Shown here in pieces: positions 10,642 through 22,649 of a stretch of 54,498 bases of DNA; within the stretch, counting starts at the first letter, position 1; every line of letters begins with the position of its first letter. The stretch lies in NCBI GenBank assembly GCA_900617105.1, contig UYFQ01000142.1:1-54498 (forward strand), read 5' to 3'. Both the position numbers and the translations under genes were made by a program. The notes under the pieces were generated by a model. The model saw nothing but the letters and a program-made list of their open reading frames with translations, made no database searches and was not told the DNA's origin. This DNA comes from Hydrurus foetidus (lineage: Eukaryota).

Positions 10642-13530
10642 GTCCAACCGAGGGCTGACTTGTTGGTCACGAGTCACTCTGCCCCCTCCTTATATGACCA
10701 CGTTCACTCTGTACTAGGACATCCCGGCTACGCTGGCATGGCCTGGCACCAGAAAAATACCGTAATCGCCGCATACACCTTCCGTGATGCATCGGCCTCT
10801 CGTCCCGTGTGCGCTTCCTGTGTTTACGGAAGCATGAGACAAACCAATATCGATCACCGTCGTCAACATCGCGAACAACCTACTGTCGCCGGACAGCAGT
10901 TTTCGCTTGATGCATATACACATACTTCTTTATCTTATCGTAGATCTAAGTATTGTGATTTATTGACTGACATAGCCACAGGGCAAATTTTCCCACTATT
11001 CACTAAAGATCGTTCTTCAGAAGATATTTGTCATCAATTGACCATATTTCTTGTTGCCCATCCATGGTGGAAAGACCCTGCCACACCATGTGACCGTTTT
11101 ATCAGAGTTGATTCTGAGAAAAGTTACCGGTCCGAGGAATTCACTGCATGTGCATCTGCATTTGGGTACCGTATAGAACGCACCCCAGCCCGCGATAAAC
11201 ATGCTAATGGAATTGCTGAACGAACAGTTCAGACAATAGAGACAAAGACAAACATTGCAATGCTCGCACCAACACCACCTGTTCCACAGAAGTATTGGGA
11301 TCTTGCAATGGCATATGCTTGCGTTACCCACTCGTTCAACTATAACCACCGGATTAACACCTCACCGTATCACTTCAATACGGGGAATCACGTCGATGTT
11401 AAAGAGCTTCACCCCTTCTGGTCTGGCTGTTACGTCCACACTCCTAGTCAAGATCGAACAAGTAAAGTTGGATGCGCTCGAGCATATAATGCACATTTCG
11501 TTGGGTATGATTTTACATCTACACTCACACGAACATATTTTGTTATCGAGATTAATTCGAACGGTACCTACGGCAAAGTGCGCAGCAGCAAAGATGTTAT
11601 ATTTGACCAGTCAATTAACTTCCCTTCCGTCATTCCTGATACTGCACCACCCGTCCCTTCGACGCACTCATCTCAGATCGTACCTACTGTTGAGCATACA
11701 GACACCCCTGTTCCTGCACCAGTCGTACATGATACACACTCAGGTGTACAACGTGTTGACACACCACCTACAATCATTCCGACGATACAAGAGTGGAAAG
11801 CACCATCAAACTCACTTGTTAATTTTACAGAACCAGATTTACCAGTCTACTGGTATAATTTTCAAACAGAAAACTCGGAGTACCCCTTGTCAATGGTGGA
11901 ATCGAACCATTACCTATTGACAACTCAAATTAAAGACCCATCCATCCCTAAAACGTTCTATCAAGCAATAAAGGATCCGGACTGGGCTACTGCAGTGAAT
12001 ACAGAGCGATCTAAGTTTGAATTAAACAATTGCCTCGCTGAAGTACCTGATACAGGACAACACCTCGTACCTATGATGTGGCTATTTAGTGTCAAAACAG
12101 ACGGAACTAAGAAAGCACGCCTAGTCGGACGGGGTGATATGATGATACCATGGATTGACTTTGACCCCAATGCTGTATATTGCGGTAATGTCTCCGCCAG
12201 CTCCATCAAGATTGCATTAGTCATTGCGGCCATTTACAAGCTTGAAATGCGGGGAGGTGATCTCGTCGGAGCATACCTCGTAACATTAGCCAACCCAGAC
12301 TTTCCAGTTTTTATCAAAACACCTCAAGGATACAAAATAAGACCAGGGTATGTTATACAAGCTATCGGAAATTTATACGGTTTTCCACCATCCGGTCAAA
12401 ACTTCTCTAAAGCGTTCGATATATGTGTCCGAGAATGCGGATACATTAATACACCTTGGGACCTTAAATTATTCTACAAATGGAAAAAGAATAAACCTAT
12501 AATCATAATTGCGCACAGCGATGATTTTAGATGGTTTGGGTCAAAAGAAAATCTTGAAGAATGGGATATACTCATCAAAACATTCAACAAGTATAAATAT
12601 GAAGTAACTGATGCAACAAGTAAAGAATTTGTTGGTATCCATATTTATCACGATGAGGAATACAACTACTATATGGATCAAACCCGTATGATAACATCAA
12701 TAGTAGCAGATGCAAATATGACTGGTGCACCTGACGCAAAACTTCCATATCCTACTGATGGACCGAATCTTTCAAAACAAGACTGTCCAACAGAAGATCA
12801 AAAAGTAGAATGTTCAAAATATCCATATCGCAAAGTTGTTGGTCAACTAATGTACGGTATGGTACATACTATGGTTACAATCATGTATGCACTGAATATT
12901 CTCTCTCGATACGGAATCAATCCAGGTCCAAGACACATTGTATTTCTCAAACACCTTGTACGTTACGCCAAACACTCTAAAGATGATCGACTCAAGTTTA
13001 GCACTCAAAACGGACCCACAGACATAAACACTATGACAGAGCTTATGCAGCTGTCGTTCCAATGCGATGCAGACCTTGGAGGAAATCTCGACAATGGACA
13101 TTCGCAAACAAGTTATTTAGGATATCTAGCAGGATCACTTATATGTTGGTGTAGTACCGACCAAGGCAGCGTATCTACTTCTACTGCTGAATCGGAAATT
13201 AAGGCAGTTAACCATACTCTCAAGTGTGAAGTAATAGCAAATCGTGGTATACTTAACCAAATGGGTTGGAAACAAAATCCAACCATAATTGAAGAAGATA
13301 ATAGTGCATGTGTTACTTCCTCACAAGTAACCCATATAACACGTGGTTTAAGGCACTTGGACCTTGCTCAGTTTTGGATCAAAGAAAAAGTTGCTGATGG
13401 GACTTACGTTGTTATTAAGGTAGCTTCAAAGGATAATAATGCTGATATTGGAACAAAACGATTACTTTTACCATTATGTAATGCATTATCTTATAAGTTA
13501 GTTGATAAAACACTTCGTAAAAATCTTTAA
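10642..13530 (+). CDS. pol: Copia-1 ORF2: integrase, reverse transcriptase, RNase H (in frame with ORF1 after one TAG)
   Basis: HSVLGH...CASC zinc domain; FSLD / RVDSE / NGIAER integrase triad; KARLVGRG, LYGFPPSG, HSDDF RT motifs; CDADLGG, STAESE, EEDN, ADIGTK RNase H motifs. Confidence 0.95.
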   Translation, partial: VQPRADLLVTSHSAPSLYDHVHSVLGHPGYAGMAWHQKNTVIAAYTFRDASASRPVCASCVYGSMRQTNIDHRRQHREQPTVAGQQFSLDAYTHTSLSYRRSKYCDLLTDIATGQIFPLFTKDRSSEDICHQLTIFLVAHPWWKDPATPCDRFIRVDSEKSYRSEEFTACASAFGYRIERTPARDKHANGIAERTVQTIETKTNIAMLAPTPPVPQKYWDLAMAYACVTHSFNYNHRINTSPYHFNTGNHVDVKELHPFWSGCYVHTPSQDRTSKVGCARAYNAHFVGYDFTSTLTRTYFVIEINSNGTYGKVRSSKDVIFDQSINFPSVIPDTAPPVPSTHSSQIVPTVEHTDTPVPAPVVHDTHSGVQRVDTPPTIIPTIQEWKAPSNSLVNFTEPDLPVYWYNFQTENSEYPLSMVESNHYLLTTQIKDPSIPKTFYQAIKDPDWATAVNTERSKFELNNCLAEVPDTGQHLVPMMWLFSVKTDGTKKARLVGRGDMMIPWIDFDPNAVYCGNVSASSIKIALVIAAIYKLEMRGGDLVGAYLVTLANPDFPVFIKTPQGYKIRPGYVIQAIGNLYGFPPSGQNFSKAFDICVRECGYINTPWDLKLFYKWKKNKPIIIIAHSDDFRWFGSKENLEEWDILIKTFNKYKYEVTDATSKEFVGIHIYHDEEYNYYMDQTRMITSIVADANMTGAPDAKLPYPTDGPNLSKQDCPTEDQKVECSKYPYRKVVGQLMYGMVHTMVTIMYALNILSRYGINPGPRHIVFLKHLVRYAKHSKDDRLKFSTQNGPTDINTMTELMQLSFQCDADLGGNLDNGHSQTSYLGYLAGSLICWCSTDQGSVSTSTAESEIKAVNHTLKCEVIANRGILNQMGWKQNPTIIEEDNSACVTSSQVTHITRGLRHLDLAQFWIKEKVADGTYVVIKVASKDNNADIGTKRLLLPLCNALSYKLVDKTLRKNL

Positions 13531-13566
13531 TTAATGTATTAAATATAATAATAAATATTAATAATA

Positions 13567-13917
13567 ATAGTAGCCGTTACGTAAAAAGATACATTGAAGT
13601 ATGATTTCAGATAGGTCCAGGATCCCAGAATTCAAAAATAATTATTTTGAAATCCAACACCCAACCGGCAATCCGATACCCTCCGTTGGTCTCCGCAGTG
13701 AGAAATGACATCATTTCGTGATCTTCTCAACTGCTAGGTTATCCACGTGAATTCTTGCAGAATAGCTCTGTTGTTTCCTTTTGCCTGTCAGTAATCTAAT
13801 CAAGCATAGTCTACAAAATTGTCGCCGGACAATATTCTTTATTTGACCGAGAGCTCTGCCTGCAGCAGACAATCTACCTGAGTGTCAGCGACATCAGGTA
13901 ATGCAACCCATATGACA
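13567..13917 (+). repeat. Copia-1 3' LTR, truncated at its 5' end (351 bp)
   Basis: Matches 6856-7206 with 4 substitutions. The first 51 bp of the LTR and any polypurine tract are absent. Confidence 0.93.
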
Positions 13918-14072
13918 CATCCTCTGAAAAATCACTCTACAATTACTCTCAAGAAACTGATAGCGTTCTCCAAAACAAAATTTGACCATCATAACCGCTC
14001 TAAAATGTGTTAATTACTGTAGGCGCAGAATACGGATGCTTGCCGAGCTCAAATGCTCCTTCCAGCTATCGT

Positions 14073-14596
14073 GAGCAGAGGGTTTGGAGTGCATCAGGTA
14101 AGAAAATCCTGGACAAACCTGATTTCGAATCCGTTTCAACTCGGATTCCACTTCTGATAATTGATCTGATCTTCAAATGTACCTGACAATCCAGGAAGGA
14201 AATCGTAGAGCCATCGGAGCTCAGACTAAAAAGTCAGTTTCGGAGAGCAGAGGGTTTCGAGCACATCAGGTAAGAAAATCCTGGACAAACCTGATTTCGA
14301 ATCCGTTTCAACTCGGATTCCACTTCTGATAATTGATCTGATCTTCAAATGTACCTGACAATCCAGGAAGGAAATCGTAGAGCCATCGGAGCTCAGACTA
14401 AAAAGTCAGTTCCGGAGAGCGGAGGGTTTCGAGCACATCAGGTGAGAAAATCGTGGACAAACCTGATTTCGAATTCATTTCAACTCAGATTCCACTTCTG
14501 ATAATTGATCTGATCTTCAAATGTACCTGACAATCCAGAATAGAAATCGTGGAGCCATCGGAGCTGCATTCCAATACTCAGTTTCGGAGAGCAGAG
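14073..14596. repeat. Three diverging copies of a 172-bp tandem repeat
   Basis: GAGCAGAGG-like starts at 14073, 14245, 14417 and 14589. The third copy is the most diverged. Confidence 0.93.
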
Positions 14597-16169
14597 GCAC
14601 TGCTTTATGGTAGACCAAAAATATTAGATGACATATTCTGTATGTCAATACGGTGGCATGTTAACACTCCAGTGATATTATAATTTATAGAAATTAAATG
14701 TACATTCTATCCATGTTTTGTTTTCTATAAAGATAATAAATTGAGTGGCAGCTTAGGCACTTCAGCTTTCACGAAATATATCCTCGGGTAGTATTCTGCG
14801 GGTTCAGTTGCAGTGATGATTTGTTGCAAAACATAGTCATGAGTACTCTGAGAATAGCACTTATTTCTGAAATGAAATGGAACGGCTTCTCAGGAAAGAA
14901 TTATCAAAAGATTCGACGTTAAAACTATCTAAACTGTACAGCACAAATCATACAATGTAACTACACCGCAAAGCCTACGGCAGTTACGGTCGGTTCTTAA
15001 TATGCCGTGCCAAACCAGACAATATTAATTTCACTGTTTTTCCGAAGATCATGGATCATTGTGTCACTTCGCCGTCACTTCGAAGACCTGCTGCAAACTT
15101 CGAGGTCATCAGGTCATCATTTTCCACCACCCATCTCAAATCTACCGAGTAAACCTTCTGCGATTATCCGCAATTTCTAATTGCATTTTTGTTCGAGCTC
15201 TGAGTTGATGATCTCATCGGCCTTGGCATCATGGTGTGTATGGGCTCTGAATTTCATTTGCTTTCATCAAATAAATTGATCTTGCTCATCGATCGTATCT
15301 TACATTGACGTCGATTACTGCCTGAATTGCTAATAGCAGTCAATATCTAATGTTACCTCTTACCGATCATATTGATTGTAGCCTCGCGGTCGACCTGGAG
15401 TTGAGATTGACGCGGCATTCGTCCGTAGCCATCGTGGTGCTGGATTGTCGTGGACGGATATTGGGAATCTTCTAGGCGTAAGCCAACGGACTTTCTTGCG
15501 CTGGAGAAATCTCCATGCAAATGAGGTGTCTAAAGTTTTGATCTTTCGATATTCCATCAGTGATGTTGATGATCAAAGTATGTTTCTGAGCCTATATTTT
15601 ATCACTGATGTGTTGTCAGATTCATACTGAGGAGCATACTGAGAATTCTTTGGATGTACTAATCGAGTCCTACACTAGAGACCATCCAGCTCGAGGCGAG
15701 AGGATGGTCTTAGGGATGCTACGAGCGTCATCCGAGCTGTCGTTCACAAGGTCACAAGCAAGGAGTGCTATTGCACGTGTTGATGACGGGGGACTTGTTG
15801 ATCGCAGGGCAGCATTTGGTCGGCGAATCATTAGGTAGAACTAAATTTCAATTTTTTCGCATCCCATTCATTAAATTGATTGCAATACAATTTTCAAATT
15901 TGAATTGTATTATTGAGGTAGATGTAAGAAAATCATTTATTACACTGTAGCTTCTACATTGACCTGAATATTTTGCACAGCTTTTCTTTGATGCCTTGGT
16001 AGCGTATTAAGTAGTACATTATTTTTTATGACGAATTATATCACTTTATCTTTCTGTAATATATAATAAGATAATTTGGAATTGTGGAATCTTTGATTAT
16101 TTTTAAAAACTGAGATAAAAAAGAACACTATAAATCTCTGAAGGGTGAATAGTATTCCGTCAAACCCCG

Positions 16170-19100
16170 TTAAAATGACGCAAATTTATTTCTCTTTACT
16201 GTTTGAGTGTCTTGTTTGCAGTTAGTACTCCTCAATGAAATGTTTCTTAATTACTAATTGTTGAATTAAATATTAAATTTATTTTATTGTTGTGATGATT
16301 TGTAACGGTTTCACCCGCATTATTTGGCCGTATTTCCGGTTGATTTTCACGGCTTATTTAGAGTGTATGTAAATCCTATTAAAATGACGCAAATTTATTT
16401 CTCTTTACTGTTTGAGTGTCTTGTTTGCAGTTAGTACTCCTCAATGAAATGTTTCTTAATTACTAATTGTTGAATTAAATATTAAATTTATTTTATTGTT
16501 GTGATGATTTGTAACGGTTTCACCCGCATTATTTGGCCGTATTTCCGGTTGATTTTCACGGCTTATTTAGAGTGTATGTAAATCCTATTAAAATGACGCA
16601 AATTTATTTCTCTTTACTGTTTGAGTGTCTTGTTTGCAGTTAGTACTCCTCAATGAAATGTTTCTTAATTACTAATTGTTGAATTAAATATTAAATTTAT
16701 TTTATTGTTGTGATGATTTGTAACGGTTTCACCCGCATTATTTGGCCGTATTTCCGGTTGATTTTCACGGCTTATTTAGAGTGTATGTAAATCCTATTAA
16801 AATGACGCAAATTTATTTCTCTTTACTGTTTGAGTGTCTTGTTTGCAGTTAGTACTCCTCAATGAAATGTTTCTTAATTACTAATTGTTGAATTAAATAT
16901 TAAATTTATTTTATTGTTGTGATGATTTGTAACGGTTTCACCCGCATTATTTGGCCGTATTTCCGGTTGATTTTCACGGCTTATTTAGAGTGTATGTAAA
17001 TCCTATTAAAATGACGCAAATTTATTTCTCTTTACTGTTTGAGTGTCTTGTTTGCAGTTAGTACTCCTCAATGAAATGTTTCTTAATTACTAATTGTTGA
17101 ATTAAATATTAAATTTATTTTATTGTTGTGATGATTTGTAACGGTTTCACCCGCATTATTTGGCCGTATTTCCGGTTGATTTTCACGGCTTATTTAGAGT
17201 GTATGTAAATCCTATTAAAATGACGCAAATTTATTTCTCTTTACTGTTTGAGTGTCTTGTTTGCAGTTAGTACTCCTCAATGAAATGTTTCTTAATTACT
17301 AATTGTTGAATTAAATATTAAATTTATTTTATTGTTGTGATGATTTGTAACGGTTTCACCCGCATTATTTGGCCGTATTTCCGGTTGATTTTCACGGCTT
17401 ATTTAGAGTGTATGTAAATCCTATTAAAATGACGCAAATTTATTTCTCTTTACTGTTTGAGTGTCTTGTTTGCAGTTAGTACTCCTCAATGAAATGTTTC
17501 TTAATTACTAATTGTTGAATTAAATATTAAATTTATTTTATTGTTGTGATGATTTGTAACGGTTTCACCCGCATTATTTGGCCGTATTTCCGGTTGATTT
17601 TCACGGCTTATTTAGAGTGTATGTAAATCCTATTAAAATGACGCAAATTTATTTCTCTTTACTGTTTGAGTGTCTTGTTTGCAGTTAGTACTCCTCAATG
17701 AAATGTTTCTTAATTACTAATTGTTGAATTAAATATTAAATTTATTTTATTGTTGTGATGATTTGTAACGGTTTCACCCGCATTATTTGGCCGTATTTCC
17801 GGTTGATTTTCACGGCTTATTTAGAGTGTATGTAAATCCTATTAAAATGACGCAAATTTATTTCTCTTTACTGTTTGAGTGTCTTGTTTGCAGTTAGTAC
17901 TCCTCAATGAAATGTTTCTTAATTACTAATTGTTGAATTAAATATTAAATTTATTTTATTGTTGTGATGATTTGTAACGGTTTCACCCGCATTATTTGGC
18001 CGTATTTCCGGTTGATTTTCACGGCTTATTTAGAGTGTATGTAAATCCTATTAAAATGACGCAAATTTATTTCTCTTTACTGTTTGAGTGTCTTGTTTGC
18101 AGTTAGTACTCCTCAATGAAATGTTTCTTAATTACTAATTGTTGAATTAAATATTAAATTTATTTTATTGTTGTGATGATTTGTAACGGTTTCACCCGCA
18201 TTATTTGGCCGTATTTCCGGTTGATTTTCACGGCTTATTTAGAGTGTATGTAAATCCTATTAAAATGACGCAAATTTATTTCTCTTTACTGTTTGAGTGT
18301 CTTGTTTGCAGTTAGTACTCCTCAATGAAATGTTTCTTAATTACTAATTGTTGAATTAAATATTAAATTTATTTTATTGTTGTGATGATTTGTAACGGTT
18401 TCACCCGCATTATTTGGCCGTATTTCCGGTTGATTTTCACGGCTTATTTAGAGTGTATGTAAATCCTATTAAAATGACGCAAATTTATTTCTCTTTACTG
18501 TTTGAGTGTCTTGTTTGCAGTTAGTACTCCTCAATGAAATGTTTCTTAATTACTAATTGTTGAATTAAATATTAAATTTATTTTATTGTTGTGATGATTT
18601 GTAACGGTTTCACCCGCATTATTTGGCCGTATTTCCGGTTGATTTTCACGGCTTATTTAGAGTGTATGTAAATCCTATTAAAATGACGCAAATTTATTTC
18701 TCTTTACTGTTTGAGTGTCTTGTTTGCAGTTAGTACTCCTCAATGAAATGTTTCTTAATTACTAATTGTTGAATTAAATATTAAATTTATTTTATTGTTG
18801 TGATGATTTGTAACGGTTTCACCCGCATTATTTGGCCGTATTTCCGGTTGATTTTCACGGCTTATTTAGAGTGTATGTAAATCCTATTAAAATGACGCAA
18901 ATTTATTTCTCTTTACTGTTTGAGTGTCTTGTTTGCAGTTAGTACTCCTCAATGAAATGTTTCTTAATTACTAATTGTTGAATTAAATATTAAATTTATT
19001 TTATTGTTGTGATGATTTGTAACGGTTTCACCCGCATTATTTGGCCGTATTTCCGGTTGATTTTCACGGCTTATTTAGAGTGTATGTAAATCCTATTAAA

Positions 19101-19481
19101 ATGACGCAAATTTATTTCTCTTTACTGTTTGAGTGTCTTGTTTGCAGTTAGTACTCCTCAATGAAATGTTTCTTAATTACTAATTGTTGAATTAAATATT
19201 AAATTTATTTTATTGTTGTGATGATTTGTAACGGTTTCACCCGCATTATTTGGCCGTATTTCCGGTTGATTTTCACGGCTTATTTAGAGTGTATGTAAAT
19301 CCTATTAAAATGACGCAAATTTATTTCTCTTTACTGTTTGAGTGTCTTGTTTGCAGTTAGTACTCCTCAATGAAATGTTTCTTAATTACTAATTGTTGAA
19401 TTAAATATTAAATTTATTTTATTGTTGTGATGATTTGTAACGGTTTCACCCGCATTATTTGGCCGTATTTCCGGTTGATTT
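16170..19481. repeat. 209-bp AT-rich tandem satellite, ~16 apparently identical copies, inside transposase intron 15835-19556
   Basis: TAAAATGACGCAAA recurs at 16171, 16380, 16589, etc. with a 209-bp period. Confidence 0.98.
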
Positions 19482-19886
19482 CAATTTTTCTTAACCGTAA
19501 ATTTATAATCAATTTTTTGATCATCTTACTTTCCTTATCTTTTTTATAACTTGTAGGAGAGTATACAATGTTGAAGGTCCTCATCACGTTTGGCATCATG
19601 ATGGCCATCACAAGCTCATTCGTTATGGGCTTATCACTCATGGATGCGTTGATGGATACTCCAGAGCCATTATTTACCTAGGTAAGCAAGGCACTTTTTT
19701 AGTTATCAATTATTTTCTAATAATATGATTATTCTCTGTAATAGGTCTTCGCGATAATAATAGAAGCAAGACTGTTTTAGACCTTTTCAAAGGTGGTGTC
19801 ATTGAGTACATGCTTCCCTCTCGTGCAAGGGGTGATAAAGGCGGTGAAAATGTAAGAGTAGCCGATTTTATGATTAATCACAGGGG

Positions 19887-20311
<425 letters not shown>

Positions 20312-21158
20312 ATAGTTCAATTTAATTATTGGCGTCATTCTTATTTCTTTATGATAATATTTTAGGATCGAGAGATTGTGGAGGGATGTCCGTGGCAAAG
20401 TTATACAATACTATATGACTTTATTCTCCACTTTTGAGAAAGAGGGATTATCAGTTGGCAACGAATGGCATATATTCACTTTGCAGTATATGTTCATGAA
20501 TAGAATCCAAGAAAATTTAGATGATTTCAAGTCTTTTTGGAATAACCATCCTATAGAAAGTGAGAAAAATAGGACTCCAGTGCAATTGATTTTACTTGCA
20601 CACGATAAGATAAATTACGACGATCCATTGAATATGGACAATTTGAACTTAGAATTAAATCAGGTAGATTTAGAAGTTGGGGATGAGGAACCCGAAAACA
20701 ATTTTCAAGTTGTTTGTGAACCCATTGTATGTCCATTAACACCACTAAATCTATCTACATTAAAGCGCACAATAAAGCCTATGACTAAGAGGACACCTGA
20801 GAATGAATTAAGTTACTGGTTTCATGCTGCTCTTAAAATTGTGTTAGACTTAAGAGATAATCAATAGGAAATTACATCAATAAATATGATATTTAATGGA
20901 ATATGACGATCCATCGAGAACAGCTACGTAATAGAACGATTCAAGCCTTTCTGCAAATTAATAAGCTAGCGTGTCAAACTGTTTCTTTTTTCAAAAAAAT
21001 ATAAGAAGGTTTTTTCGGCGAGCGATTTTTTTTATATCTTATTCCGAAAAAGTTATGTATGTATGTTCACAGCGACGCGTAGGTACGGATTGGAAAATTC
21101 AATTAGGGATCAAGTGAGCGAAAGGAGTATATGTTGTAATGAGTAATGTATTCATCAT

Positions 21159-22138
21159 TCATTCTAATGCAGTTTCTGATAAGAAATCATCACTATCTAA
21201 TTTTCTCTTCTGTCCACACATAACTGGTGACGATACTGGTGATTCAACTGGAGAATCATCAGTTAATATTATAACACCGTCTTTGGTCTTAGAATTATAG
21301 TATAGTAACTTGTCTTCATCGTTTCGGGGACAAGGTGATACAATCAAATACTTGCCTTCACAAAGAGATGCCCTCCCGTCAAGATCAGGATAATTGCGAG
21401 AATAGTATGCTGTGGGGATAAGTGATTTGCCATACAATTTCATCAAACTATACATGTAATAACCCTCTTTGGCATATGATTCGCCAAGCGCATGGTTCAT
21501 CTTAAGGAAAGAAAGAAATTCTTTTTCACCCATGATGGCAAAAGCTACGTCGCTATGAAAGCTACCATTCTTCTTCATCATATCTACGTGAACTGGCGAA
21601 GAAGGCAATTGGTTCTTCATTTTGGCATCGATACAGATAATGGTTACTGTAGTGTTCCTGCCAGGGGCAGGTATCTTTGAGGTCTTGGTGGAAGACTTAG
21701 ATGGTGCAGAGGACACAGAGGAGGAGGTCAATGACGAGCAGGATGTCGCCGACAAAGCAGAGACGTTTCCGTTCGAGCCTAGTGAAGAAAAATTGTAAAC
21801 GAGAAATTTAATAAAGCTTCTTCATCAAAGAAATCTTTAAAATAAGTAACCCTACCTGTTATGTTTGGTGAGTAGAATTTTGCCCTACTAAATTGTACCA
21901 TCCGCTCCTTCTTCGCCAGAGCGGGCACAGAAGTTATAAGCTCACTGGAGCTCACAACTTTAGTTGGTGACTCGAGCAGTTGTACTGAGTTTCCATCGGC
22001 ACTAACTACTGCAATTATGATGTGTTCTGAGATGTCGTGATAGCAAAATTTGCACAATCCATCAGAATTTCCAGATTCCTGATATTTTGTGCATTTGCAA
22101 TCACCTGACACACATCTACCATGTAAAGTCGTTGCCAT
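21159..22138 (-). CDS. Second gene of the IS3EU-type element: 300-aa protein of unknown function with an N-terminal Cys/His cluster
   Basis: ORFs 21779-22138 and 21159-21755 join via a GT-AG intron at 21779-21855 (903 nt coding). CVSGDCKC...CKFCYHDISEH at the N-terminus, Ser-rich linker, NLS-like QKRK near the C-terminus. Lies within the TIRs. Confidence 0.72.
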
Positions 22139-22649
22139 TGTGCTTTCAGCTTGTGGCAGAAGTAGGTTACCATGTGCAAAGTTCTTCGTGTCTTTACAGG
22201 TGTAACCTTCAAAATTTAAAAGGCGACACTTCCAACAATGTAAATTTGAGTTTTTGGTAAAAAACGGAAATGACCAGTAAAAATTCAGTCATGAAAACAG
22301 GGGAATGAAAAATAAAAAAATGAAACCAAAAATGAAAATTACGGAATTTCGGTCCATGATCTTTGGAAAAACCGTGAAATTAATATTGTCTGGTTTGGCA
22401 CGGCATACTTAATGCACAGCATACACCGTTATTCAAAACACCAAACCTCTTCTCGTACCGTTTCGCTTTCTATAAACGCGAGCTCGAGAGATCACAGATC
22501 AGGGCCCCTTCACTTTCAGCTCAAACTGTGAATGAAAATGATATAATTGGAACATTCGAAGAAAGCATTTCACTCTGGCTCATTTCATTTCTGTGAGACA
22601 CTTTGTCTTTCGACGGTCATCGGAGTGATAGCTGAACTTTGATTTTATC

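Larger units (their letters stand above)
6805..13917 (+). mobile_element. Ty1/Copia LTR retrotransposon (Copia-1), 5-bp TSD CATCC
   Basis: TGTCAT...ATGACA termini. TSD CATCC at 6800-6804 and 13918-13922. PBS after the 5' LTR. Domain order PR-IN-RT-RH. Confidence 0.97.

Noticed and set aside
7951..13107. Short overlapping or antisense ORFs within Copia-1 (and likewise in Copia-3 and pogo)
   Set aside because: Shadow ORFs of long coding frames with no recognisable motifs.
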